Below are positions 8,124 through 19,558 of a stretch of 64,000 nucleotides of DNA, piece by piece. The position numbers were made by a program, and so were the translations under genes. Position 1 is the first letter of the stretch; the number at the start of each line of letters is the position of its first letter. The notes beneath the pieces are model-generated. The model saw nothing but the letters and a program-made list of their open reading frames with translations, searched no databases and had not been told where the DNA came from. Origin of the DNA: an uncultured Vicinamibacteraceae bacterium (GTDB lineage Bacteria; Acidobacteriota; Vicinamibacteria; Vicinamibacterales; UBA8438); contig CAYFFV010000009.1 of NCBI GenBank assembly GCA_964342695.1, forward strand, positions 12,347 through 76,346. Direction: 5' to 3'.

Positions 8124-10625
8124 CTACAGATTATTCTCTTCTTTCTCGCCTTCTATAATCCTGTTTTCGCTCGTATTTGTTTCAAGCAAACGCGCTACCG
8201 ACACTACTCTGTCTTCCTTGTCAATACCTATCAGACGAACACCCTGAGTAGCCCTCCCTATGGGGCGTATATCCCGCGTGTCCATCCGTAATATCTTGCC
8301 CTGCTGGGTGACAAGCATCAACTCATCATCCTTGGCAAGACATGCGATACCAACAACTTTACCGTTGCGACTACTCGCTTGGATATTAATAATACCGACT
8401 CCCCCTCTCGATTGCACGCGGTATTCTGAAAGAGGGGTACGTTTTCCATAGCCATGTTCCGTTACAGTCAGCAGTGTCCCGCTCGGCTGGACAGCGGCCA
8501 TCGCAACAACTTCATCACCCGCACGGAGAGCAATTCCTCGAACACCGCGGGCTGTTCGACCCATAACCCGTACGTTACCTTCTTTAAAACGGATGGCTTT
8601 TCCGTTGCGAGTCCCGATAAAAATATCGCTGTCTCCATCAGTCAATTCTGCTCCCACGAGAGCGTCACCTGGCCCGATACCTACAGCAATAATGCCACCT
8701 GCACGCGGACGCCGAAAAGCACGTAAATCTGTGCGTTTCACCACACCTTTGCGTGTGCCCATCATTACAAATCGTTGCCTGTCTTCCTCAGGCCATTCTC
8801 GTACAGTTTCAAGAGCGGCAATTTTTTCTCCTGCTTCCATCGAGACCAAGTTAGCAATAGCCTTACCCTTACCCCCTGGCCCAACATCTGGAATTTCGTG
8901 CACTTTCAACCAATATACTCGACCTCGATCAGAAAATATCAGGACATACGCGTGGGTCGATGCGACAAACAGGTGGGTTAGAAAATCTTCTTGCCGAGTG
9001 CGCATACCAATGCGGCCCTTACCTCCTCGGCGTTGATTTCGATATTGCGTTACTGCGGTTCGTTTAACGTATCCTGTGTTACTGACCGTAATAGCGACCT
9101 CTTCGTCAGCAATTAAATCTTCTATGCTGAGTTCACCCTCTGCAGCAATAATTTCTGTCCGGCGGGAATCGCTGTACGTTTCTTGAATAGCCCGCAGTTC
9201 GTTAACCACAATTTCCATCAACAGAGATTCATTTTCTAAAATGGACTTGAGTCGCGAGATCGTTTTTACTAATTCGGCGAGTTCGTCAGCGATTTTCTGT
9301 CTTTCCAGGCCTGTTAATCGCTGAAGTTGCATGTCCAAAATTGCCTGCGCTTGTATCTGTGACAGCGAAAAAGATTCAATTAGCCCGACACGTGCTTCGG
9401 CAGGGGCCTTGGCACCGCGAATCAATTTAATTACTGCGTCCAAATGATCGAGAGCCGTCCGCAAACCTTCCAAGACGTGCGCACGCGCTTCAGCTTTTCG
9501 GAGATCAAATTCCGTACGGCGACGAACAACCTCGCGTTTAAATTCCAGAAAGTGTTCAATGAGGGAAAGTAACGGTAATTCTTGGGGGCGCCCACCAACA
9601 ATGGCCAGCATGATAATTCCAAAGGTGGTCTGGAGAGATGTATGTTTGTAGAGGTTATTGAGTACGATTTCTGGTATTTCGCCCCTCCGAAGCTCAATAA
9701 CAATACGCATCCCGTGACGATCGGATTCATCTCGAAGATCGACGATCCCGTCAACAACCTTATCCCGCACCAGTTCCGCGATTCTCTCAAGCAGCCTTGC
9801 TTTGTTCAGTTGATAAGGAATCTCTGTCACAATAATCGCGACTTTATCGTTCTTCTTGAGAGGTTCAATCGTAGTCCGGGCGCGCATAGTAATCGATCCA
9901 CGTCCAGTGCGGTAAGCATTTTCAATACCTGCCCGTCCAACGATGAAGCCCCCTGTTGGAAAGTCTGGGCCCGGAATAAGATTCGCCAGCATTTCAGCTT
10001 TTGTATTTCGCTGCTCTTGCTGGTTTTCAGCCACCCAAACAACGCCGTCAATGACCTCTTTCAAATTATGTGGTGGAATGTTTGTTGCCATACCCACAGC
10101 GATTCCAGACGATCCATTGACTAGTAGATTGGGGTAGGGCGCCGGCAAGACCGTGGGTTCTGTAGTGGTTTCATCGTAATTAGCAACAAAGTCAACGGTT
10201 TCCTTGTCGAGATCCGCCATGAAATCATCGCTGATCGCTTGCAACCGAGCTTCTGTATACCGCATGGCCGCCGGGGGATCTCCGTCTACGGAGCCAAAAT
10301 TTCCTTGGCCCTCTACAAGCGGGTGACGCATATTAAATCGCTGCGCTAAACGCACCAGAGTATCGTAAATGGAGGCATCACCATGGGGATGGTAGTTACC
10401 CATCACCTCACCCACAATCTTGGCGCACTTCCGGTATGGTTTCTTGGCTGACAGCCCCATCAAACGCATGCCATATATCACTCGGCGATGCGCTGGCTTA
10501 AGACCGTCTCGAACATCAGGAAGCGCACGGCCGATGATTACGCTCATCGCGTAATCCATATACGACCGCCTCATTTCATCTTCTATGTTAACGTCGATGT
10601 TTTTTGGTGCACCCGGTTCTGCCAT
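8124..10625 (-). CDS. gyrA: DNA gyrase subunit A
   Basis: AMSVIIGRALPDVRDGLKPAHRRVIY, GNYHPHGD, the active-site Tyr region AAMRYTEARL, and C-terminal beta-pinwheel repeats. Confidence 0.97.
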   Translation of the reverse strand: MAEPGAPKNIDVNIEDEMRRSYMDYAMSVIIGRALPDVRDGLKPAHRRVIYGMRLMGLSAKKPYRKCAKIVGEVMGNYHPHGDASIYDTLVRLAQRFNMRHPLVEGQGNFGSVDGDPPAAMRYTEARLQAISDDFMADLDKETVDFVANYDETTTEPTVLPAPYPNLLVNGSSGIAVGMATNIPPHNLKEVIDGVVWVAENQQEQRNTKAEMLANLIPGPDFPTGGFIVGRAGIENAYRTGRGSITMRARTTIEPLKKNDKVAIIVTEIPYQLNKARLLERIAELVRDKVVDGIVDLRDESDRHGMRIVIELRRGEIPEIVLNNLYKHTSLQTTFGIIMLAIVGGRPQELPLLSLIEHFLEFKREVVRRRTEFDLRKAEARAHVLEGLRTALDHLDAVIKLIRGAKAPAEARVGLIESFSLSQIQAQAILDMQLQRLTGLERQKIADELAELVKTISRLKSILENESLLMEIVVNELRAIQETYSDSRRTEIIAAEGELSIEDLIADEEVAITVSNTGYVKRTAVTQYRNQRRGGKGRIGMRTRQEDFLTHLFVASTHAYVLIFSDRGRVYWLKVHEIPDVGPGGKGKAIANLVSMEAGEKIAALETVREWPEEDRQRFVMMGTRKGVVKRTDLRAFRRPRAGGIIAVGIGPGDALVGAELTDGDSDIFIGTRNGKAIRFKEGNVRVMGRTARGVRGIALRAGDEVVAMAAVQPSGTLLTVTEHGYGKRTPLSEYRVQSRGGVGIINIQASSRNGKVVGIACLAKDDELMLVTQQGKILRMDTRDIRPIGRATQGVRLIGIDKEDRVVSVARLLETNTSENRIIEGEKEENNL

Positions 10626-10660
10626 GTGATCTTCTGCTTTACTCTGAAAACTATTCGTTC

Positions 10661-13255
<2,595 letters not shown>

Positions 13256-14365
13256 CTAAACCCGCATTGGCATAATAACGTAGGTATAATCAGCATCCGT
13301 CCCGCCTGCTGGTTTTAGAACCGCTTGACTCATTTCATCCTTAAACTCAAGTTGAACGGTTTCGACACCAGCAACACCAAGAAAATCCAATACATATTGG
13401 GCGTTAAAGCAGATATCAAGCGGATCGCCAGAGTACTCTACGGGTAGGGTTTCCGTTGCTTCACCAACTTCTGGACTACTTGAGGTTATATCGATTTTAT
13501 TTGGTTCTATTTTTAATTTCACAGCACGAGAGCGCTCACTTGACAGCAGGGCTACTCTTTTAATCGCGCTGGTGAGTTTATCCCTATCAAAATCGACTGT
13601 TTTATCGTTTCCTGTTGGTATCACTCGCTCATAAGCGGGAAATTGCGCATCTATTACCCGTGAAATTAATTGTCGTCCGTCAACATTAAAAAAGAGATGG
13701 TTGTCTCCATTCTCATACTCAATATCGTCGTCCCCATCCCCTAAGAGTGTTTTTAGTTCCCAAAGTGTTTTTTTGGGAAGAATGGCTTTTACTTCATCTG
13801 TCTTTTTTCCTTTTAGTTTAACCATGACTCGTGCGAGGCGGTGACCATCTGTCGCAACCAAACTCATTGTGTCGCCGGTTAATATAAAAAGCGCACCATT
13901 TAAAAAATACCTTGTATCTTCCCCTGTGATGGCAAATTGTGTTTTTGTGACCATCTCCCGAAAACCTTCTCGGGGAAGAGCTATTAAGTCTCCACTTCCG
14001 GCCTCTGGAAGTGTGGGAAAGTCGTCTCGGGGTAGGGTTTGTATCCGTGAGTCAAATTTATCAGCGGACACCTTTACTACACCTTTCGTTCCTTGTTTGA
14101 TTTGAATATTGGTCTCAGGAAGAGCCCGAACAATTTCATATAGTTTCTTTGCCGGAATAGTAAGAGAACCTTCTTTCACGTCTGATGCAATACATTTACT
14201 CCTCAACCCAACTTCTAAGTCTGTTGCTAGTAAATTAACTTGTTTTTCCCCATTTGCTTCAACAAGGATGTTCGCTAAGATGGGTATTGTGTTTTTTCTT
14301 TCAATAATTCCTTGAAAGAGCTGCAACTCTCTTAAAAGATCTGTCCTTTTCGCGCTAAATTCCAT
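13256..14365 (-). CDS. dnaN: DNA polymerase III beta sliding clamp
   Basis: Clamp-like along its full length and located between dnaA and gyrB. The true start is taken as ATG 14365 (MEFSAKRTDLLRELQ). The 45 extra codons in the ORF track are translated AT-rich spacer. Confidence 0.95.
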   Translation of the reverse strand: MEFSAKRTDLLRELQLFQGIIERKNTIPILANILVEANGEKQVNLLATDLEVGLRSKCIASDVKEGSLTIPAKKLYEIVRALPETNIQIKQGTKGVVKVSADKFDSRIQTLPRDDFPTLPEAGSGDLIALPREGFREMVTKTQFAITGEDTRYFLNGALFILTGDTMSLVATDGHRLARVMVKLKGKKTDEVKAILPKKTLWELKTLLGDGDDDIEYENGDNHLFFNVDGRQLISRVIDAQFPAYERVIPTGNDKTVDFDRDKLTSAIKRVALLSSERSRAVKLKIEPNKIDITSSSPEVGEATETLPVEYSGDPLDICFNAQYVLDFLGVAGVETVQLEFKDEMSQAVLKPAGGTDADYTYVIMPMRV

Positions 14366-14637
14366 GTGGTTGATAACCTCTATAGAGGGGCCTACAAGAT
14401 CAATTAATAAAATCTTATTAATTGAAATTAATAAATAAATTATAACAGGAATATATACTGTTTTGAAAGTAGAACGGTTTTTATAAATAATTGGAAACAA
14501 ACCATTTAATCGGTTTTTTTTATGTTGATAAAACAGTAATGATTAGTTTTTTGCTGTGGGTGTTTTTAAGTCCACATGAAAAGCAAACCAGCGAATCTGT
14601 TGATTGTGTGTAAGAACAGGAAAAGGTTCTTGTTTTA
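14366..14637. promoter_or_regulatory. AT-rich dnaA-dnaN spacer; candidate DNA-unwinding half of a bipartite oriC
   Basis: A 272-bp non-coding, visibly very AT-rich stretch (for example CAATTAATAAAATCTTATTAATTGAAATTAATAAATAAATTATAA from 14401). Only weak DnaA-box-like 9-mers are present (AAGTCCACA, TGTGGGTGT, TGTGTGTAA). Confidence 0.4.
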
Positions 14638-15975
14638 TTATTGAAAAGCTTGGAGAAAACTGTTGATAAGGGTGTTGAAATCTCTATCTGCTTTGCACCG
14701 ATCATTCACTTTTCTAATGGAGTGAATCACAGTGGAATGGTGTTTACCCCCAAAGCTTTTCCCTATTTGTGGTAACGAGGCGTTAGTTAAAGATTTTGAT
14801 AAGAACATAGCGATCTGCCTTGGAAGAGTAACAGTTTTTGAGTTGTTTCTTGATTTTAGATCACTGATTTTTAATTTATAGTGATTCGCTATAAATTTTT
14901 GAACGTTCTCGATTGTAATTGGTTGATCATCCCGTTCGAGCAGATCGTGGAGAACTTCTTCTGCTAAGGAAAGAGAAATTTCAGATCCTGTAAGTGATGC
15001 ATAAGCAAGAAGACGAATCAAAGAACCTTCAAGTTCCCTAATATTTGATTTAATCCGACCAGCAATATAGAGCGCGACGTTATTTGCGAGAGGAACGGCC
15101 TCCGCCTCAGCTTTCTTTTTAAGGATGGCTACCTTTGTTTCGAGATCTGGGGGTTGTATGTCCGCAATTAATCCCCATTCAAAACGGGATCTTAGCCGTT
15201 CCTCTAAGGCAGGAATTTCATGAGGGGGGCAGTCGCTACTTATAATAATTTGTTTTTGGGCGTCGTAAAGCGAATTAAACGTATGAAAAAACTCTGTCTG
15301 GGTTCCTTCTTTTCCAGCGAGAAACTGTACGTCATCAACAAGAAGGATGTCCATGCTCCGATACCGTTCTCTAAAATCGAGAATACGATCGTAGCGAACC
15401 GCATTAATCATTTCATTCATAAATCGTTCAGAAGAAATGTATGTTAATTTAAGATTTGGAGATTGTTCCAGTAAGTACTGGCCAATAGCGTGCATGAGGT
15501 GGGTTTTTCCAAGACCGACCCCACCATATAAAAACAGCGGGTTGTAGGAGCGAGAAGGAGCTTCTGCGACAGCGAGTGAAGCTGCGTGGGCGAATTGATT
15601 TGAGGGTCCGACGACGAACCGATCAAACGTATACCTGGCACTTAATCCTCGTTGTTGCGATGGAGAGTTGGCGATTTCAGAGACAGGAGGAGGCGGAAGG
15701 GTTTTCTCTTTAACCGGTTTAACAATCTTAATTTCTTCCCCTGTTTTAAAGGTTATTTTTACTTCTTGTTGATTAATTTCGTTCAAAGATTCTTGGATAA
15801 TTCCCGCGTAATGCTTGTTAAGCCAATCCCTAAATAGCGTGTTTGGAACACGGATCGTTACTACTGGACCATTTTTATCAACAAACGAAGTCGGTTTAAA
15901 CCAAGTGTAGTAACTGTGACGGTTTATTTTACCCTCGATGCGAGTAAGGACTGAACCCCAAATATCTTCTTGCAT
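14638..15975 (-). CDS. dnaA: Chromosomal replication initiator protein DnaA
   Basis: AAA+ Walker A GGVGLGKTHLMHAIG, Walker B LLVDDVQF, and the C-terminal DNA-binding domain (FGGKHHSTVIHSIRKV). Confidence 0.97.
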   Translation of the reverse strand: MQEDIWGSVLTRIEGKINRHSYYTWFKPTSFVDKNGPVVTIRVPNTLFRDWLNKHYAGIIQESLNEINQQEVKITFKTGEEIKIVKPVKEKTLPPPPVSEIANSPSQQRGLSARYTFDRFVVGPSNQFAHAASLAVAEAPSRSYNPLFLYGGVGLGKTHLMHAIGQYLLEQSPNLKLTYISSERFMNEMINAVRYDRILDFRERYRSMDILLVDDVQFLAGKEGTQTEFFHTFNSLYDAQKQIIISSDCPPHEIPALEERLRSRFEWGLIADIQPPDLETKVAILKKKAEAEAVPLANNVALYIAGRIKSNIRELEGSLIRLLAYASLTGSEISLSLAEEVLHDLLERDDQPITIENVQKFIANHYKLKISDLKSRNNSKTVTLPRQIAMFLSKSLTNASLPQIGKSFGGKHHSTVIHSIRKVNDRCKADRDFNTLINSFLQAFQ

Positions 15976-16153
15976 GCTTAACCCAAACCAAAGGTTCTCA
16001 AACTGTTGGTTTATTCAAAAACTGTTAAACCAGTAAGAGCCTTTTCCCTAGCCAAAAGGAGTAATTCTCATGGAGCCATCCAAAGTTTTGTTTTGATTCC
16101 CTAATTTATTCCCATAAATTACAGAGACGGTAACCCCACCGCACAAAATAAAA

Positions 16154-16184
16154 TTTCCACAACTTTTTCCACAGTTGTGGAAAA
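16154..16184. promoter_or_regulatory. Cluster of three DnaA boxes upstream of dnaA
   Basis: TTTCCACA (16154-16161), TTTTCCACA (16165-16173) and TGTGGAAAA (16176-16184). The last two are 8/9 matches to TTATCCACA and face each other with a 2-bp spacer. Weaker boxes lie at 16218-16226 and 16396-16404. Confidence 0.6.
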
Positions 16185-16412
16185 CTGCTTAGAAAATTCA
16201 TGTGCAGAGCCGCGAAATGTACCACAAACGGCTATTGGCCGCAATAAATTAAGCTCGAATCGATTTTTTGTGAAAAAACGTAAATTAGCTATGTAACTTT
16301 TTGGTAAACCAACTTCAAGCGTTGACACCATCAAGACGCGTTTACTACTATCTCAAGCTCGGCTTTTAAAAATAAACCACCGACGTAGAGCTCGGTGTGG
16401 AGCCAAAAAACA

Positions 16413-16550
16413 ATGAAACGCACGTATCAACCCAATCGTCGGCGTCGGAAGCGCACTCATGGTTTCTTGACGCGAATGAGTACAAAAAACGGTCGACTAG
16501 TGATTAAGCGTCGGAGAGCCAAGGGTCGTAGTCGTCTTGCTGTGTCGTAA
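16413..16550 (+). CDS. rpmH: 50S ribosomal protein L34
   Basis: Not in the ORF track because it is under 60 aa. The translation [45 protein letters not shown] is a typical L34, and it sits in the canonical position before rnpA. Confidence 0.92.
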   Translation: MKRTYQPNRRRRKRTHGFLTRMSTKNGRLVIKRRRAKGRSRLAVS

Positions 16551-16569
16551 GATACTGTAAAAAAAAGAC

Positions 16570-16920
16570 TTGTTGGATTATCGAAGAATGCTGGTCCGCA
16601 GCGAACGGATTCGTCGGAGACCTGAATTTTTGAAGGTTCAGCGTTCTGGCGCTCAAGTTCGTGGTCGCTACCTAACCTTGTTTGCTCTCAAGAACCACAC
16701 ACTAGTGGCTCGTATGGGTGTGGTTGCTACCCGTAAATTAGGAAAGGCAACTTGTCGGAATAAGGCTAAACGTCTCGCTCGTGAACTCTTCAGACTCAAC
16801 GCAAGACCGAGCGGTTTTGATTTGGTGGTTATGCCGAGACGAGGTTTTATAGATGCGGCTTTTGTTGATGTGGAAAAGGACTACAGGGCACTTCTGTCGC
16901 GAATAAAAGAACAGAAATGA
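16570..16920 (+). CDS. rnpA: Ribonuclease P protein component
   Basis: A small basic protein (RIRRRPEFLKVQRSGAQVRGRYLTLFAL...ATRKLGKATCRNKAKRLARE) in rpmH-rnpA-yidD-yidC synteny. The start could be TTG 16570 or the ATG a few codons in. Confidence 0.9.
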   Translation: MLDYRRMLVRSERIRRRPEFLKVQRSGAQVRGRYLTLFALKNHTLVARMGVVATRKLGKATCRNKAKRLARELFRLNARPSGFDLVVMPRRGFIDAAFVDVEKDYRALLSRIKEQK

Positions 16921-17186
16921 TTAGAATCTGGTTTTCTCAACTTCTCACACGCGCTGTGATGGCCTTTATTTACGTTTATAAGGTGACGCTGTCTCCCATT
17001 TTTGCGGGTTCTTGTCGATTTGTACCCTCCTGTTCTGCATACGCTCTTGAAGCGGTAGAAAAACACGGGGCTTTTATGGGTTCTTGGTTGGCGATCAAGC
17101 GTCTTTTTCGATGCCACCCCTTTTGTGCTGGGGGCCTTGATCAGGTACCTACAGTTCCCGAGTCTCCGGTCGTCCCCAAAAGGTAA
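16917..17186 (+). CDS. yidD: Membrane protein insertion efficiency factor YidD
   Basis: The CRFVPSCSAYALEAVEKHG...RLFRCHPF motif, plus synteny. Confidence 0.9.
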   Translation: MIRIWFSQLLTRAVMAFIYVYKVTLSPIFAGSCRFVPSCSAYALEAVEKHGAFMGSWLAIKRLFRCHPFCAGGLDQVPTVPESPVVPKR

Positions 17187-17195
17187 ATTTTATCT

Positions 17196-19016
17196 ATGGA
17201 TCAGCGCAGGATTCTCGTCGCGATGTTCTTGTCAATGTTGGTAATAACAGCTTGGCAATACTTTTTTGTTCCACCACCGAACCAAGTCCAGCCAGTTACT
17301 ACTGAAAAAATAGGCCTTCCAGAGGATTTGCCGTCAGAGTCGTCTTCGACAACACCCCCACCGGCCGAAGCATTCGGTAGGATGGCGTCCACCGTTGATC
17401 CAGTTTCTCCGGTTCGTTCGGTTGTTGACATTGCGACGTCCGATCCGGTCGTCAGTGATACCGAGGAACGCGAAGTGTTGGTTGAAAGCGATTTGTTTAG
17501 GGCAGTTTTTTCCAATCGTGGAGCGGAATTGATTAGTTGGCAGCTGAAGGCTCACCGGGAAGATGATGTCCTAATTGATTTGGTGCCTCGCGATCTTCCG
17601 CTTGACGAACCACGAGCTTTTGGCATTGCTTTTTTTGATCAACCAGACCTGACTCAGATTGCGAAAGAAGCTCTATTTAAAGCTAATATCACCCAACTTA
17701 AATTACAGGATCGCGCCGAAACCGTGGTGTTTGATTACGAAGACGCCAACGGACTCAGGTTACGGAAGACTTTTTTATTTAATCCATCGATTAGTCCCTA
17801 TGTCGTCACAGTGTCGGTAGAAGCCCACCAGGGACAACAAACATTGAAGCCCATTCTTCGATGGGGTCCCGCGCTCGGAGGGGTCGAGCGTTCCAGTGGA
17901 GGAATTAGTTACAAAGAGGGACCGCGAGGCATTCTGTACGGTCGTGTATTAGAGGCTGGGATTTTCCAAGAAACGGACATGACTCGTCCAGATAGAAGCG
18001 ATATAGACGAACAGTCCACCTATGAAGGCCAGATGTTATATGCCGGTGTTGACAACCATTATTTTTTGGCAGCAGCCCTGCCGGCATCACGCTTGGGCAC
18101 TATCGATTATCGGAATGTCTCACTACCAAACCCAGATTTGGACGACCGAGCTTTGCTCGCTTTTGATCTAGCGTTGGAAGATGGGATAGACGAACTGGCC
18201 TTTTACTTGGGACCCAAGGAATTTAACGTTCTTGAAAGCGCCGGAAATTCTCTACAACTCGCAATTGATTTTGGATTTTTCGCCGCATTAATTGTTCCGT
18301 TACACCGTTCCCTAACATGGGTTTATGAAACTGTAGGTAATTGGGGTATTGCGATTATTTTGTTAACTATAGTCATCAATCTAATTATGTTTCCGCTTCG
18401 GCATAAGAGTGTGATGTCCATGCGGAAAATGCAGGAACTACAACCCCAAATGAAAGCGATTCAGGATCGTTACAAGCATCTCAAAGCGACTGATCCAGAA
18501 AAACAGAAGATGAATAAGGAAGTAATGGCGCTGTATACGGAAAAGGGAGTGAACCCCATTTCTGGCTGTTTACCGATGCTTCTAACCATGCCTGTTTTGT
18601 TTGCCTTCTACCGTTTACTTTCGTTGTCAATTGAAATGCGAGGTGCTCCATTTCTAGGATGGATAACAGATCTTTCTGCGCAAGATCCCTATTATGTAAC
18701 ACCAATTGTGATGGGTGCGAGCATGGTCCTACAGCAACGCCTGACCCCCTCCCAAGCTGAACCCATGCAGCAGAAAATTATGATGCTGATGCCTGTCATT
18801 TTTACCTTTATGTTCCTCAGCGCGCCTAGCGGATTAGTGATTTATTGGCTCACAAGTAATCTTTGGGGTATTGGGCAGCAGTTGATAACGTATCAGCTCA
18901 CGGGTCCACTCAAGACCAGTGCAGTCAGACCTCCTGCGGAGGGACGAGCCAAGAAAAGCGACCGCAAAAGAAAAGGCGAAAAAAAAATTAAGAACGCAGC
19001 GATCGAACCAGAATAA
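17196..19016 (+). CDS. yidC: Membrane protein insertase YidC (long form with periplasmic P1 domain)
   Basis: An N-terminal TM helix, a periplasmic domain of roughly 330 aa, and a conserved C-terminal core (NWGIAIILLTIVINLIMFPL, LYTEKGVNPISGCLPMLLTMPVLFAFY, GLVIYWLTSNLWGIGQQ). Confidence 0.95.
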   Translation: MDQRRILVAMFLSMLVITAWQYFFVPPPNQVQPVTTEKIGLPEDLPSESSSTTPPPAEAFGRMASTVDPVSPVRSVVDIATSDPVVSDTEEREVLVESDLFRAVFSNRGAELISWQLKAHREDDVLIDLVPRDLPLDEPRAFGIAFFDQPDLTQIAKEALFKANITQLKLQDRAETVVFDYEDANGLRLRKTFLFNPSISPYVVTVSVEAHQGQQTLKPILRWGPALGGVERSSGGISYKEGPRGILYGRVLEAGIFQETDMTRPDRSDIDEQSTYEGQMLYAGVDNHYFLAAALPASRLGTIDYRNVSLPNPDLDDRALLAFDLALEDGIDELAFYLGPKEFNVLESAGNSLQLAIDFGFFAALIVPLHRSLTWVYETVGNWGIAIILLTIVINLIMFPLRHKSVMSMRKMQELQPQMKAIQDRYKHLKATDPEKQKMNKEVMALYTEKGVNPISGCLPMLLTMPVLFAFYRLLSLSIEMRGAPFLGWITDLSAQDPYYVTPIVMGASMVLQQRLTPSQAEPMQQKIMMLMPVIFTFMFLSAPSGLVIYWLTSNLWGIGQQLITYQLTGPLKTSAVRPPAEGRAKKSDRKRKGEKKIKNAAIEPE

Positions 19017-19045
19017 TTGAGCGAAGTGAAGAAAGAGAGGAAACC

Positions 19046-19510
19046 ATGGCCGATGATCTAAATTCGGAGATGATCGAATTTGTAAGTTCGATCACGATTG
19101 CAATGGGTCTTGATGCTGACGTTTCCGTTGAATCAATCGAAGACGGTACACGCATCGTCATAACAGGAGAAGGCAGCGATGTGTTTCTGCAGCGTAAAGC
19201 AGCAGGTTTGGATGCCCTCCAACATGTTGTGAATGCAATGTTTCGGCGCAAGCATGAAGGGCAACACCTTGTGGTCGATTGTCTCGATTATCGAAAAGGG
19301 AAAGATACTGAGTTGGTCGAAAGTGCCAAACTTTTAGCCCAGCGAGCATGTGAAACAGGAGAGCCGCAGGAAATAGGTCCCCTGAATCCATATGCTAGGA
19401 GAATAGTCCACCTTGCCATTGCCGAAGACCCTTCAGCGTCTTCTGAAAGTATCGGCGACGCGTTCATGAAAACGGTTGTCATTACATCGGATGAACCGGT
19501 AGGCGATTAA
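19046..19510 (+). CDS. jag: Jag/KhpB-type RNA-binding protein (KH + R3H)
   Basis: Sits after yidC. The C-terminus has an R3H-like segment (PLNPYARRIVHLAIAED). Confidence 0.8.
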   Translation: MADDLNSEMIEFVSSITIAMGLDADVSVESIEDGTRIVITGEGSDVFLQRKAAGLDALQHVVNAMFRRKHEGQHLVVDCLDYRKGKDTELVESAKLLAQRACETGEPQEIGPLNPYARRIVHLAIAEDPSASSESIGDAFMKTVVITSDEPVGD

Positions 19511-19558
19511 GAATAATCTTTCACCTCAGGGTTGTTGGTCCAAGGCGATTTATAAATC

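Noticed and set aside
8593-10124. Long plus-strand ORFs (147 aa and 180 aa, among others) inside gyrA. Similar antisense ORFs occur inside mnmE (20221-20715), atpA (26488-26892), dusB (38707-39177), the sigma factor gene (42640-43056) and dsbD (48047-48499).
   Set aside because: They lie antisense to strongly conserved, full-length genes. They have no ribosome-binding sites and show Arg/Ser/Pro-rich composition typical of shadow frames. They are treated as non-coding.
14366-14500. The ORF track's 45-codon N-terminal extension of dnaN (MFPIIYKNRSTFKTVYIPVIIYLLISINKILLIDLV...).
   Set aside because: It is the translation of the AT-rich spacer, rich in Ile/Lys/Asn/Tyr. The clamp homology begins at MEFSAKR (ATG 14365).
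16119-16334. A 71-aa minus-strand ORF in the rpmH-dnaA spacer.
   Set aside because: It overlaps the DnaA-box cluster and promoter region. It has no Shine-Dalgarno sequence and no recognisable family, so it is most likely spurious.
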